Positions 28,715-37,863 are shown, counted from the stretch's first letter. The stretch: 64,000 nucleotides of DNA from Thermodesulfobacteriota bacterium (GCA_965207685.1 OZ242294.1:1226677-1290676), one strand, 5' to 3'. Program-made: numbers and translations. The notes: generated by a model from the letters alone, not told the origin.

Positions 28715-31700
28715 TCAGAAGTTAACCTCCCCTCTCAGCATGACTCCATGCTCCGGCTCAGCAGTATCGCTCTGCCTGCGTTCTGTCTCAAGACTCAGGC
28801 TCGCGGAGCGCCCGAGATCAAGACGGCTTCCAAGCCTGTAGTGCTGCCGCCCGTCTCCGCCGAGCCTCAGGCCGCTGTATGGAGTAAGAAGTCCGTCTCC
28901 GCCGAGAGCAGCAAGCCCATAACCGAATTCCGCGTCAAGGTGCATATCATTGCCCCCGCCATCCTCAGACGAGAGCCCATCCACTCCACGCTCCCAAAGA
29001 CTGTCAACGCCGCTTGAGGTATCTCCCCACTCAGGCGCCACGCTGAACAGCACTCCCCGCTTGTCCGCCCCCGTATCGAAGATCACGGTTCCTCCCACGC
29101 CCCACTGGCTGAACTCCTCCGAGCTGTGTGCCGCAAGCCAGCGTCCCCTGCCCGAAATGCTGAGACCCAAGCTGGGGTTCTCATAGAGGAAACCTCCTCC
29201 TATTTCGACCCCCGTTCCCGTCTCCCCGTCTCCTCCGTCATGGCGAAGCGCTACCTCGACCAAGGGATTAAACCAGGTTCCGGACGCAAACCTGTACTCG
29301 TAGCTTCCCTCCATGCTGAGACGCAGTTGGTGCACGCCGAGCGACATCTCCTCGATCATGTAGTCGTCCCCCTCAACGTCCATCCACACCTTAAACGCCT
29401 CGCTCTTTAGCGAGAAAGTCGTGTCTCCCACGTCAAACACCCTGGCGCTTCCTCCCGCCGCCACCGATTTGTAGCTTAAATCGCTTGTGGCTACCTTCCT
29501 CGCACCCTCGTCGTCTATGTCTATTTGCCCACGCCCGTAGCCAAGCGCACTCCAGAGGTAAACATCTTCCGAGAGGAACCAGGAAACATAAGGAGACACG
29601 CTCACCATCTTGATATAGTAATCGCCCCTTCCTACTTCTCCCGGCGTCGTGTCCGTATAATCGAAATCTCCCTTCGTAAGAGACAGGGAAAGTCCCGTCA
29701 ACACCTTCTCGTTAAGCCACCTGTCAACTCCCATGTAGCCGCTCACGATCCGCCCGTCCCACTTGAACCATTCGTCACTTGCGACCGAAAAATTGTTGTA
29801 ATCCGCCTTGCCCCAGAATCCGATGCTTCCTCTTCTCTCGACGATCACGGGCTTTTGATCCTCGTCAACCCACATGTTGTTATCCGCAGAATCCTCCTGT
29901 GGAGACTCTCCGACGTGTCCTTTCGGGTCTTCTTCCGGATGCTTTCCCACATAGCCGCCTGGATCTTCCTGCGGATGTTCCTTCGGTTTCCTGAGCATAA
30001 CTCCGGCCTCTATTATGAATGAAGACCCGTAAAGCAGCTCCTCGAGGCTGAGAGCTTCCCACTGGTCAGGGTCGTCCCATATATCGGTTCCAATCACTTC
30101 GTGAAGGTTCGCGTGCTGATCCATAAGTCTGAACATCCCCGTACGCTCGTATGATCCCGAAAGCACGCTGTCAAGACGCCAGGTGAGGGCGTCAACCGAA
30201 TTCCTGAGCATGGTTCGCCCGAATGTGGGAAGGATTCTCAGGCTTGCGCGCCTTGCGCGCCGGATCTCTGTAGTGTTCGCCTCGGCCGTTGCTTCGGCTG
30301 AGGGGTCCCCCGGACCTACATCGTTCACCGCGCGCACCCTGAAAGAGTATACGGTGCCGTTTTCAAGGCCCGCGACCGTGTAGCTGGTTTCATTCGTCTC
30401 CCTGGAACCGCTCTGATCTATTGAGGTCCAGCCGCCGTAAGACCCGTTTTCCTCCTTCTGGCTGTACTCGTAACCGGTGATCGGCAGACCGCCGTTATCC
30501 GCAGGCCGCTCCCATACAAGAGTCACGCGCTGGTCCCCCGGCGTCGCTGTCAGATTCCGGGGCGCACCCGGCACTGTGGCGGGCGTTGCGCTTGCTGGCT
30601 CGGAGGCGGGGCCGGGACCAACGCTGTTTACCGCCCGCACCCTGAACCCGTAGGTCTCTCCATTGGTAAGCCCCGTGACGGTGTAGGAGGTGGTCGTTCC
30701 TCCTGTTGAGATCCACTCACCGTCATCAACCTTGTATTCATAACGCTCAATGGAGCTTCCTCCATTATCAGACGCATCCCAGCTAAGAGCTACCTCTCCA
30801 TTGCCCCGTGTCGCCATCAAGTTCCGGGGCGCACCCGGTACAGTGGTAAGCGTAACGCTTGCCGGCTCGGACGCGGGGCCGGGACCAACGCTGTTTACCG
30901 CCCGCACCCTGAACCCGTAGGTCTCTCCATTGGTAAGCCCCGTGACGGTGTAGGAGGTGGTCGTTCCCCCTGTTGAAACCCATGGGCCTCCATCGATCCT
31001 GTATTCGTAGCGTCCAATGGGACTTCCTCCATTATCGGGCGCATCCCAGCTAAGAGCTACCTCGCCATTGCCCCGTGTCCCCTCCAGGTTCCGGGGCGCA
31101 CTAGGTACCGTGGCGGGGGTTGCGCTTGCCGGCTCGGACGCGGGGCCGGGACCAACGCTGTTTACCGCCCGCACCCTGAATCTGTAGGTCTCTCCATTGG
31201 TAAGCCCCGTAACGGTGTAGGAGGTGGTCTTTCCTCCTGTTGAGGTCCACTCGCCGTCATCAACCTTGTATTCGTAGTGTTCAATGGGGCTTCCTCCGTC
31301 ATCGGGCGCATCCCAATTAAGCGTTGCCCTACCGTCCCCACTCATAGCCATCAACCCCGAAGGCGCACCCGGAAGCGCCGACGACGGGACGGGATTTCTC
31401 ACCTGCGAGGGCACTTTCGTATTTGAATCCGGAGATCCATTCTCATTCACGTCGGTCACGTTGATGGTCACCGTGATGGTACCAGTCAAGCCGCCCGGGT
31501 CCCGTGCGGTAACCGTAACCGTATAAATACGCTTGGGCCCCTCGTAGTCAAGGGCCGCCTTTGTCTGTATCTGCCCGGAAGTCTGGTCTTCAAGCGCAAA
31601 GGAAGCCGCATCCGTACCCCCAAGCGAATAGGTGAGACTGCCCCGGTCACCGGAGTCCGGGTCCGTAGCTGTAACCGCCGCACCGATATCTCTTCCAGGC

Positions 31701-33679
31701 GGCGTGTTCTCCGCCACAGAACGCGTGGCCGTGTTGGGCTGGAAGTAAGGCGCATTGTTTGACGGCGGCTCTACACGCGTCACAAGGTCAGAAATTGCGT
31801 ACGCCATTTTCCCGGAACCGCGCCGGTCCGTGTAGGTCACCTTTGCCCTCAGGTAATTGTCCACATCGCCCGATACCGGCGTGTAGGCGTTGCCGTTCGG
31901 GGTCCCGCTTACCGAACCCCAGCCATTCGTCCGGCTGGTTGACTTCTCCCATGTCCACGTTTCACCCGATACTGAACCGTCGGGATCGATTAGAGTCGCT
32001 TCAAGCTCCGTACCCACCTGTGGCTGCCTGGAAGAAAGAGTCACCTCTCCCTCTTCCTCCACATCGGTCACATTAATAGTCACCGTGGTCGTAATTTCCG
32101 AGGTCCTGTCCGTGACTTTAACCACCACGCCCGCATAAGAACTTTTGGTCTCGTAGTCAAGAGGCGCCTTGGTCTTTATCTGCCCGGAGGAATCAATATC
32201 AAATGAAAGTTTAGATACATCATCGAGCGAGTAGATAAGTGTTTCGTTTTCCGGGTCCGTAACCGCAATCGGTGTCCCGATGTCTACTCCAGGCCCCGTG
32301 TTCTCAGCCACAGAAAACATGTCCGGTGGGGGATCAGGATCAAAATAGGGCGCCCAGTTTACTGCCGGCACCTTTCCAGCGGACTCCGCCTCCGCGCTTT
32401 TATCAGGACCGTGGCCATCGGTATAGGAGGCCACCGCCCGCAGGTATTTATCTTCATCGTCTTCAACATTCGGGTCGCTGTCGGCAACCGGCGTGTAGGT
32501 TGCAGTCGTGGAACCGCTGCTCGTGGCACCGGTGATCGGATTCCAGTTGGTTTTGTCAGCTGACCTATACCATGTCCACTCCACATCCGTTATAGAACCG
32601 TCAGGATCAGTCAAAGTCGCAGTCAGCTCCTCATCTATTGCCAGCGTGCCGGACAGGGTCACCGTTCCAGGCTGATCTGGAGGAGGTACGCCTTCCGTCG
32701 TCGCGCTTGCTATGTTTGAAGGATCGCTTGTGCCCTCGGAGTTAATAGCAGAAACCTGGTAATGCCGCGTGTCTCCGGGAGAAAGACCGCTATGTGTATA
32801 CGTCGTGTCTGTATTGCCAGTGTCGTCTTCAAGATTCGTCCAAGAATAATTTGGGGGACCAGATGTTGAGACCTCGATTTTGTAGCCTTCCACGTAGGAG
32901 TTGGGAGCGCGCCACTTAAGCACAATCATGCTCTGCCCTTTAGGTTCCGCTTCCAGGTTCCTAGGCGGATCCGGAGCAGTGATGGAACAGACAACTCCCG
33001 CGTGTTCGAAGCTTCTGCAATTATGGGTGCCGACAGGAGTAGTAGACTGCCCAGCGCCCCTAGGACAATCAATCAGCCTCGTTTCAGTGCCTACGCAGAG
33101 AATATCGTCAAGCCAGAATTCATTGTTAGTCTTGTAGTCGCCCTTGGAAGAATCGATTATTGAAGGGCCGTCAAGCTCTAGCAGCGTCTTCGCGAATTCC
33201 GGCATATAATCCGAATGCTGACCACCTGTATCCTTCAGCTGCTTGCACGCGATTTCTGCGTCTTCGTCGGTGAAATAGTCATCGCATATTCCTCTCCACT
33301 CGGCATCGGTACCGTCATTATAATAAACTTCAAGCCTGCCTATGTCGGCCGTGACCGTACAGCTACTCGTGTTCGTGGTATCGCACAATCGAAGATCCCC
33401 GTTGCTCTGCGCATGCGCAGTTACGGAGAAAAACGCCAGCGGCAACAGTACTGCCAGCAGAAAGCAGACCCTGTCTCTCAGGCTTTCTGTTTTCCCAAGA
33501 AAGGGCGGCGGACGCAGAAACCCCCGCCCCTTCAGACAAAAGAGCGTTAACAGGGTTTCAAGTGCCTTGGTTTTTGCCCGGTTCGGGACTGGCTCAGTCT
33601 TTCTCTCGTCCGGATACGGGGACAAGAGGGATTTTCGCTGGCGCTCTACCGAAGAGACAAGCCGTTTATGTTCCACCAT
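28715..33679 (-). CDS. giant cell-surface protein: signal peptide, SRCR-like domain, FN3, 2x(Ig-like + cadherin repeat), 4x FN3, C-terminal autotransporter-like outer-membrane beta-barrel
   Basis: 1654-aa ORF. The hydrophobic signal segment LLAVLLPLAFFSVTAHA lies ~70 aa into the ORF, so the true start codon is uncertain. The SRCR consensus blocks are GRLEV.YNDG..WRGICDD, FWLDDILCVGTE..L.DCP and HNC...EHAGVVCS. The cadherin-like blocks are VAEN..PG..IG..V.A.DPD...L.YSL...FAID..SG.I.T...LDYE. Four FN3 repeats follow (WDAPDNGGSPI..YEY....GLTNGETY.FRVRAVN). The C-terminal ~520 aa are beta-rich and end in ...RGEVNF. Confidence 0.8.
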   Translation of the reverse strand: MVEHKRLVSSVERQRKSLLSPYPDERKTEPVPNRAKTKALETLLTLFCLKGRGFLRPPPFLGKTESLRDRVCFLLAVLLPLAFFSVTAHAQSNGDLRLCDTTNTSSCTVTADIGRLEVYYNDGTDAEWRGICDDYFTDEDAEIACKQLKDTGGQHSDYMPEFAKTLLELDGPSIIDSSKGDYKTNNEFWLDDILCVGTETRLIDCPRGAGQSTTPVGTHNCRSFEHAGVVCSITAPDPPRNLEAEPKGQSMIVLKWRAPNSYVEGYKIEVSTSGPPNYSWTNLEDDTGNTDTTYTHSGLSPGDTRHYQVSAINSEGTSDPSNIASATTEGVPPPDQPGTVTLSGTLAIDEELTATLTDPDGSITDVEWTWYRSADKTNWNPITGATSSGSTTATYTPVADSDPNVEDDEDKYLRAVASYTDGHGPDKSAEAESAGKVPAVNWAPYFDPDPPPDMFSVAENTGPGVDIGTPIAVTDPENETLIYSLDDVSKLSFDIDSSGQIKTKAPLDYETKSSYAGVVVKVTDRTSEITTTVTINVTDVEEEGEVTLSSRQPQVGTELEATLIDPDGSVSGETWTWEKSTSRTNGWGSVSGTPNGNAYTPVSGDVDNYLRAKVTYTDRRGSGKMAYAISDLVTRVEPPSNNAPYFQPNTATRSVAENTPPGRDIGAAVTATDPDSGDRGSLTYSLGGTDAASFALEDQTSGQIQTKAALDYEGPKRIYTVTVTARDPGGLTGTITVTINVTDVNENGSPDSNTKVPSQVRNPVPSSALPGAPSGLMAMSGDGRATLNWDAPDDGGSPIEHYEYKVDDGEWTSTGGKTTSYTVTGLTNGETYRFRVRAVNSVGPGPASEPASATPATVPSAPRNLEGTRGNGEVALSWDAPDNGGSPIGRYEYRIDGGPWVSTGGTTTSYTVTGLTNGETYGFRVRAVNSVGPGPASEPASVTLTTVPGAPRNLMATRGNGEVALSWDASDNGGSSIERYEYKVDDGEWISTGGTTTSYTVTGLTNGETYGFRVRAVNSVGPGPASEPASATPATVPGAPRNLTATPGDQRVTLVWERPADNGGLPITGYEYSQKEENGSYGGWTSIDQSGSRETNETSYTVAGLENGTVYSFRVRAVNDVGPGDPSAEATAEANTTEIRRARRASLRILPTFGRTMLRNSVDALTWRLDSVLSGSYERTGMFRLMDQHANLHEVIGTDIWDDPDQWEALSLEELLYGSSFIIEAGVMLRKPKEHPQEDPGGYVGKHPEEDPKGHVGESPQEDSADNNMWVDEDQKPVIVERRGSIGFWGKADYNNFSVASDEWFKWDGRIVSGYMGVDRWLNEKVLTGLSLSLTKGDFDYTDTTPGEVGRGDYYIKMVSVSPYVSWFLSEDVYLWSALGYGRGQIDIDDEGARKVATSDLSYKSVAAGGSARVFDVGDTTFSLKSEAFKVWMDVEGDDYMIEEMSLGVHQLRLSMEGSYEYRFASGTWFNPLVEVALRHDGGDGETGTGVEIGGGFLYENPSLGLSISGRGRWLAAHSSEEFSQWGVGGTVIFDTGADKRGVLFSVAPEWGDTSSGVDSLWERGVDGLSSEDGGGNDMHLDAEFGYGLAALGGDGLLTPYSGLRLGGDGRQHYRLGSRLDLGRSASLSLETERRQSDTAEPEHGVMLRGEVNF
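30545..31350. repeat. three tandem near-identical ~267-270 bp units (each encoding one FN3 domain) inside the giant surface-protein gene
   Basis: Near-identical ~110-nt stretches (GCCGGCTCGGACGCGGGGCCGGGACCAACGCTGTTTACCGCCCGCACCCTGAA...) recur at about 30596, 30861 and 31128. The ORF track also shows duplicated frame-shifted peptides at 30495-30716 and 30783-30983. Confidence 0.8.
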
Positions 33680-33884
33680 ATTAGCCGGTCTTTATATGAA
33701 GAATGCGGGGAATCCGAAAAAAAAGACAACCCGACTTTTCTTCAATGATTTTAGGCCTCGCACACGCACATACGAATGCCTGAGACCAAAAGAATCCTTC
33801 CGATTTAATCCGTTAAGGCGAAGCTTCGGTCGAATCGCCTGTTCCTACACAATATATTGTAGTAAAGTGAGTCTGCAGTGTCAA

Positions 33885-33900
33885 GATATTCCTTTAAATC
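33885..33900. repeat. 16-bp direct repeat GATATTCCTTTAAATC (left target-site duplication of the IS)
   Basis: Identical 16-mer immediately outside both IS termini (33885-33900 and 35313-35328). Confidence 0.75.
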
Positions 33901-33962
33901 TGTAGGGGGTCAATTAAAATGTCCGTTTTTTGAGTTAATTAGTTGTCCGGTTTGGTTTTCTT

Positions 33963-34002
33963 CAAATCAGCCTCGAAGGGCGAGCCCGAAGAGGCTGATT
34001 TG
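33963..34002 (-). terminator. perfect 12-bp stem / 16-nt loop hairpin just downstream of the transposase stop, inside the IS
   Basis: CAAATCAGCCTC-(16 nt)-GAGGCTGATTTG read directly from the sequence. No obvious T-tract follows, so its function as a terminator is inferred. Confidence 0.4.
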
Positions 34003-34013
34003 AAACCGTCTCC

Positions 34014-35207
34014 TTACCCCGTCGCCATCTTCCTTCTCTGTTCAGTTTCTTCCACGAGATTCCCTTCCCTGTCATAAAACCCCAGCCTGCGTTTCCCTTC
34101 ATGAAACACCCCTATGCTCCCATCCTCGTACTCATGCACCGCAACCTTCGCCCTCACGAAGTGATAACGATCCTTAACCGGCGGGATCTGCAAACTCATA
34201 CCCCTGTACCTGACACAATTGTCGTTGCCCACTGCCCTTGTGTGCTTAAGACACAGTATGTCATCCAAACCCACTCCGAGCAGCGGTACGAACGCACTGC
34301 CTTCCTCAGCCGCCGCTACCGCGAAACGCCCGTTGAAATCCCCTATAAAACTCTCCGAGAGAAACCTGTTCGCCTCCTCCATATCCTCTATACCCCTCTC
34401 CTCCAACTCCACAGGCAACCGCCCCTGCAACGTCTTGAACATCCTCTCGCTTCGCCCCCTTGCCTCAGGGGAGTATCCCGGAATCATTAAAACGCCCAGC
34501 TCGGCCATCGCTCTTCCAAACTGCGTGGGATTCTCCTTGTCAACCCGCCCCCCGGCCCGGGGAGTACTCCAGTAATGAGACCCTCTGTCACTGTAGAAAC
34601 TTGAGAATATGCCCTCACTCTCCAATACCTCCCGCACACCCCTCATGCTGCTCTGTGTGCCCTCCTGGGCACAGAAGAAAGCACTGTATATCCGCCCCGT
34701 GGCGTCATCCATGGTCACTACAAGGTCCCACACCTCCCGGGGAACCCACCTGTGAGTGCTCGCATCCTGATGTATCATCTCCCCCTCTCGCTTCTTGCGT
34801 TCCCTCAGCTCCCGGTGCGGCCCGCGGCGGCGCCCCCTGGGAACCGCTCCCGCATCCTGCAGACACCTCTTAACCCAGCTGTAGCCGCGGGTGCCCCCGT
34901 GGCGCTCTGTGTATGCCTCGTAGAAATGCCTTATGTTACGATTCGGATAACAACCCATGTATAGCTCCACTACCTCCGAAACCTCCTGCGGTGAAGCACG
35001 CCGAGGTGATGTCCTGCCCAAGCGCTTGTCCGAAAGTCCTTGTCTTCCCCACGCTTCGTAACGAACCACGTAGCGGCGGAAGGTCCTCTCGCTCATCTCA
35101 AGCTGCTCCCCGGCTTCTGCCTGGGTGAACTCCCTCTGCTTCCATCTGTTGTATACAGACTCAAACCGGTTTGCCCTGACCATCTGCAAATACCTTGACT
35201 GATCCAT
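34014..35207 (-). CDS. DDE transposase (N-terminal HTH + rve/integrase core)
   Basis: 397 aa. HTH region (LEMSERTFRRYVVRY) and DDE residues in the contexts IHQDAS, VTMDDAT and SPEARGRSER. Confidence 0.8.
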   Translation of the reverse strand: MDQSRYLQMVRANRFESVYNRWKQREFTQAEAGEQLEMSERTFRRYVVRYEAWGRQGLSDKRLGRTSPRRASPQEVSEVVELYMGCYPNRNIRHFYEAYTERHGGTRGYSWVKRCLQDAGAVPRGRRRGPHRELRERKKREGEMIHQDASTHRWVPREVWDLVVTMDDATGRIYSAFFCAQEGTQSSMRGVREVLESEGIFSSFYSDRGSHYWSTPRAGGRVDKENPTQFGRAMAELGVLMIPGYSPEARGRSERMFKTLQGRLPVELEERGIEDMEEANRFLSESFIGDFNGRFAVAAAEEGSAFVPLLGVGLDDILCLKHTRAVGNDNCVRYRGMSLQIPPVKDRYHFVRAKVAVHEYEDGSIGVFHEGKRRLGFYDREGNLVEETEQRRKMATG

Positions 35208-35312
35208 CTCTACCTCCTCGTTCTCCAGAGGAAATAAATCTAGTCAACCACTGCCTCTACAAACCGGACAACTAATTAACTCAAAAACCGGTCATATAAC
35301 GTACTCTCTACA

Positions 35313-35328
35313 GATATTCCTTTAAATC
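35313..35328. repeat. 16-bp direct repeat GATATTCCTTTAAATC (right target-site duplication of the IS)
   Basis: Identical to 33885-33900. Confidence 0.75.
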
Positions 35329-35465
35329 CCGATTCTTACGTCACGAAATTGAGAAAAAACTTGCAAATACAGACGCAATTCCCGCATACGGAAGAAGATT
35401 TACTCAAACAGACATGGCATGGAACTGGACGGGTGCGGTTGATCGGGAACCCGGAAGCGGGCACG

Positions 35466-36086
35466 TCATGTGGCCGGGGGCGTGTCGGGCTTCTCGGAGT
35501 AGGTGCCGTCAAGCCCCATTATTTTTGAAATTTCCTCGGGGGAATCGAGTATCTCGCCCTTGCCCATCTTGTAAAGGAAATTCGCGTTATCCCTCGGGGC
35601 ATCGCTTTTTACGTTCGGGTCGAAGAAAACCTCTTTGGTGTGAACAAGTCCCGCGCGGTTATACGAGGCGAGTTCGTACTTCATTCCCATCCTGAGCGCG
35701 TCGCACGGGCAGGCCTCGACGCAGAAGCCGCAGAAAACGCAACGCATGAAGTCTATGTTGTATACCTTGGGTCTCCTCTCGATTCCGTAATCGTCCGCGG
35801 GTTCCGAAACTATGGAGATGGCCTGGGTGGGACACGCGATCTCGCAGAGCTTGCACGCAACGCACCTTATCTCTCCCTCGTCATCGGCAGGCATTACGTG
35901 AAGCCCCCGGTAGTTCTCGGGAAGGGCCTTTACCTCCTCGGGGTATTTAACGGTTATCGGCTGGTGATTCGTTATGTGCCTTATCGTAATCATGAGGCCC
36001 TTTAGGACCTGGGGAATGTAAAGCTTCTCCCAGAAGGAAAGCCGCGGGCGCTCAAGCACTTTTACGTTTATCGCCATAGTAACCAT
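35466..36086 (-). CDS. nuoI: NuoI-like 2x[4Fe-4S] ferredoxin (NADH-quinone oxidoreductase subunit I homolog, stand-alone)
   Basis: Two CxxCxxCxxxCP motifs (CVACKLCEIACP, CVFCGFCVEACP) in NuoI-like spacing. No neighbouring nuo genes. Confidence 0.7.
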   Translation of the reverse strand: MVTMAINVKVLERPRLSFWEKLYIPQVLKGLMITIRHITNHQPITVKYPEEVKALPENYRGLHVMPADDEGEIRCVACKLCEIACPTQAISIVSEPADDYGIERRPKVYNIDFMRCVFCGFCVEACPCDALRMGMKYELASYNRAGLVHTKEVFFDPNVKSDAPRDNANFLYKMGKGEILDSPEEISKIMGLDGTYSEKPDTPPAT

Positions 36087-36120
36087 CTATATACCACAGA
36101 AAGGGAAAATACTGAAGCCG

Positions 36121-37863
36121 CTAGCGGAAAAAACTGCGGCGGCGGCGAAGGATGAGGGCAAACGCAAGCCCTGAGCCGCAAAGAAGCCAGAGCGCGGTTT
36201 CGCCGTCTCCCAGAACAAGCTTGCCCGTCCCTATCATAAAGCAGAGAAGAAAGGACACGACAAGCGACCAGTTAAAAAAGACCGAGGAGAAAACTCCCCG
36301 CCCCGGCGCAATCCCCGCTCTCGCGCGGACGGGGGACCAGAAGCCCGGGGGCCTCACCCTTGAGTAAAATTCCGAGAGTTTTTCCCAGGGCTCGGGAGCG
36401 GTGACGAAAGTGGCCGCGACCCAGCAGGCTATCGAGACGGGAACGACCAGTATCTGGTGGCGAAGCTCAAGCGGAATACCCTTGGCTTCGGTGTAGAGGA
36501 TCAGAACCAGTATGGTCGCAAGTGACGAGGCAAGCGCCACTATCTCGCTCCAGGCGTTTATCCTCCACCAAAACCACCTGAGTATCAGCACGAGGCCAAT
36601 TCCCGAACTCATGGCCCAGAGGAATATCCAGGCGTCCCCTATGTTCTTTATCCGAAGCGCCACCGCCCCCGCGATGACGGCAAGGACCACGGTCGCGACC
36701 CTCGAGACCGCCACGTAATGGCGTTGCGGGGCAGTTTGCCGCACGAACCTCCTGTAAAGATCATTCACAAGATATGAAGCTCCCCAGTTAAGATGGGTAG
36801 AAACCGTGGACATAAACGCCGCGAGAAAGGAAACCAGCAGAAGACCGCGAAGACCTGGCGGGAGAAAATCCCTTATCATCACAAGGTACACCGACTCGTC
36901 GTCCCCTCCCGCCACTCCGGCCGCCTCGGGAAAGATTACAACCGAGGCCAGGGCCACCAGAACCCACGGCCAGAGGCGAAGCACGTAATGGTTAAGCGCA
37001 AACCACGCCGTGCCCGCAAGCGCGTGTCTTTCGTCTTTTGCGGAACAGAGCCTCTGTATGAAGTAGCCTCCACCGTCGGCGTTGTGCGAGGACCACCAGA
37101 CCACGGTCATGAAAATGAGGAATGTGAAAAAGTCAGAGGAGAAAAACTCTCCAGTGCCTGCAGGCTGGGTGATGAACATGGAGGTCTGCTCGGGGGGAAG
37201 CTCCGCGATTTTGCTTACGAACTGTCCGTACCCTCCGACCGCGTCAGAATTTATAACCACGACCGCGAGTATGATTGTGCCGCCGAGCGCTATTGCGTAC
37301 TGCACGAAATCCGTTATCACGACCCCCCAGAGACCTGAGAAGACAGTGTAGACGAGTACGATTCCAACGCAGAGGGAAACCGCGTATATCTGCCCCACTC
37401 CGAAAAAGACCTCGAACACCTTGGTCATCGCGGTTATCACCCAGCCCATCACTATGAAATTGAAAATCGTCGAGAAATAGAATGCCTTGAACCCCCGGAG
37501 AAACGCGGCGGGGCGGCCCCCGTAGCGAAGCTCTATGAGTTCGTTATCGGTTATCACCTGCGCCCTTCTCCAGAGCCTTGAGAAAACCACTATCACTAGC
37601 GCGTGGCTGAAGATGTAGTTCCACCAGAACCAGTTCTTCCATATCCCCTCGGTTCTTATCCACCCGGTTATGGCAAGCGGGGTGTCCGCGGCGAAAGTGG
37701 TGGCGACCATCGAGGTCCCGAGAAGCCACCAGGGAAGCCCGCGTCCCGAGACGAAATAGTCGGAAAGACTCCCCGATGCCCTCCTTGAAAAATAAAATCC
37801 CACTCCCAGAGAAAAAACCAGGTAGAGGCCGACTAGCATCCAGTCTACGGCGTGGAGTGTCAT
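36121..37863 (-). CDS. sodium:solute symporter (SSF) family transporter
   Basis: 580 aa, ~13-14 predicted transmembrane segments, with the SSF N-terminal pattern (GR.LP....G.S..AT..SA.T..G). Confidence 0.8.
   Translation of the reverse strand: MTLHAVDWMLVGLYLVFSLGVGFYFSRRASGSLSDYFVSGRGLPWWLLGTSMVATTFAADTPLAITGWIRTEGIWKNWFWWNYIFSHALVIVVFSRLWRRAQVITDNELIELRYGGRPAAFLRGFKAFYFSTIFNFIVMGWVITAMTKVFEVFFGVGQIYAVSLCVGIVLVYTVFSGLWGVVITDFVQYAIALGGTIILAVVVINSDAVGGYGQFVSKIAELPPEQTSMFITQPAGTGEFFSSDFFTFLIFMTVVWWSSHNADGGGYFIQRLCSAKDERHALAGTAWFALNHYVLRLWPWVLVALASVVIFPEAAGVAGGDDESVYLVMIRDFLPPGLRGLLLVSFLAAFMSTVSTHLNWGASYLVNDLYRRFVRQTAPQRHYVAVSRVATVVLAVIAGAVALRIKNIGDAWIFLWAMSSGIGLVLILRWFWWRINAWSEIVALASSLATILVLILYTEAKGIPLELRHQILVVPVSIACWVAATFVTAPEPWEKLSEFYSRVRPPGFWSPVRARAGIAPGRGVFSSVFFNWSLVVSFLLCFMIGTGKLVLGDGETALWLLCGSGLAFALILRRRRSFFR

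Larger units (their letters stand above)
33901..35312 (-). mobile_element. insertion sequence, 1412 bp, DDE transposase, ~55-bp imperfect terminal inverted repeats beginning 5'-TGTAG, flanked by a 16-bp target-site duplication; IS481-like or ISNCY (IS1202-group)-like
   Basis: Left end TGTAGGGGGTCAATTAAAATGTCCGTTTTTTGAGTTAATTAGTTGTCCGGTTTGG matches the reverse complement of the right end ...CAAACCGGACAACTAATTAACTCAAAAACCGGTCATATAACGTACTCTCTACA. The inner ~30 bp are perfect and the outer part imperfect. A single transposase ORF lies inside. Confidence 0.8.

Noticed and set aside
28661-29017. 118-aa + strand ORF overlapping the 3' end of the giant surface-protein gene.
   Set aside because: It is antisense to the well-supported beta-barrel-encoding region, has no motifs, and is convergent with the carboxyltransferase stop.
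33679-33900. Possible extended signal peptide region (about 70 residues before the hydrophobic core) for the giant protein, as seen in some autotransporters.
   Set aside because: The conserved extended-signal-peptide motif is not evident. More likely the true start is an internal or non-ATG codon nearer the hydrophobic segment, so the N-terminal extension is treated as uncertain rather than as a feature.
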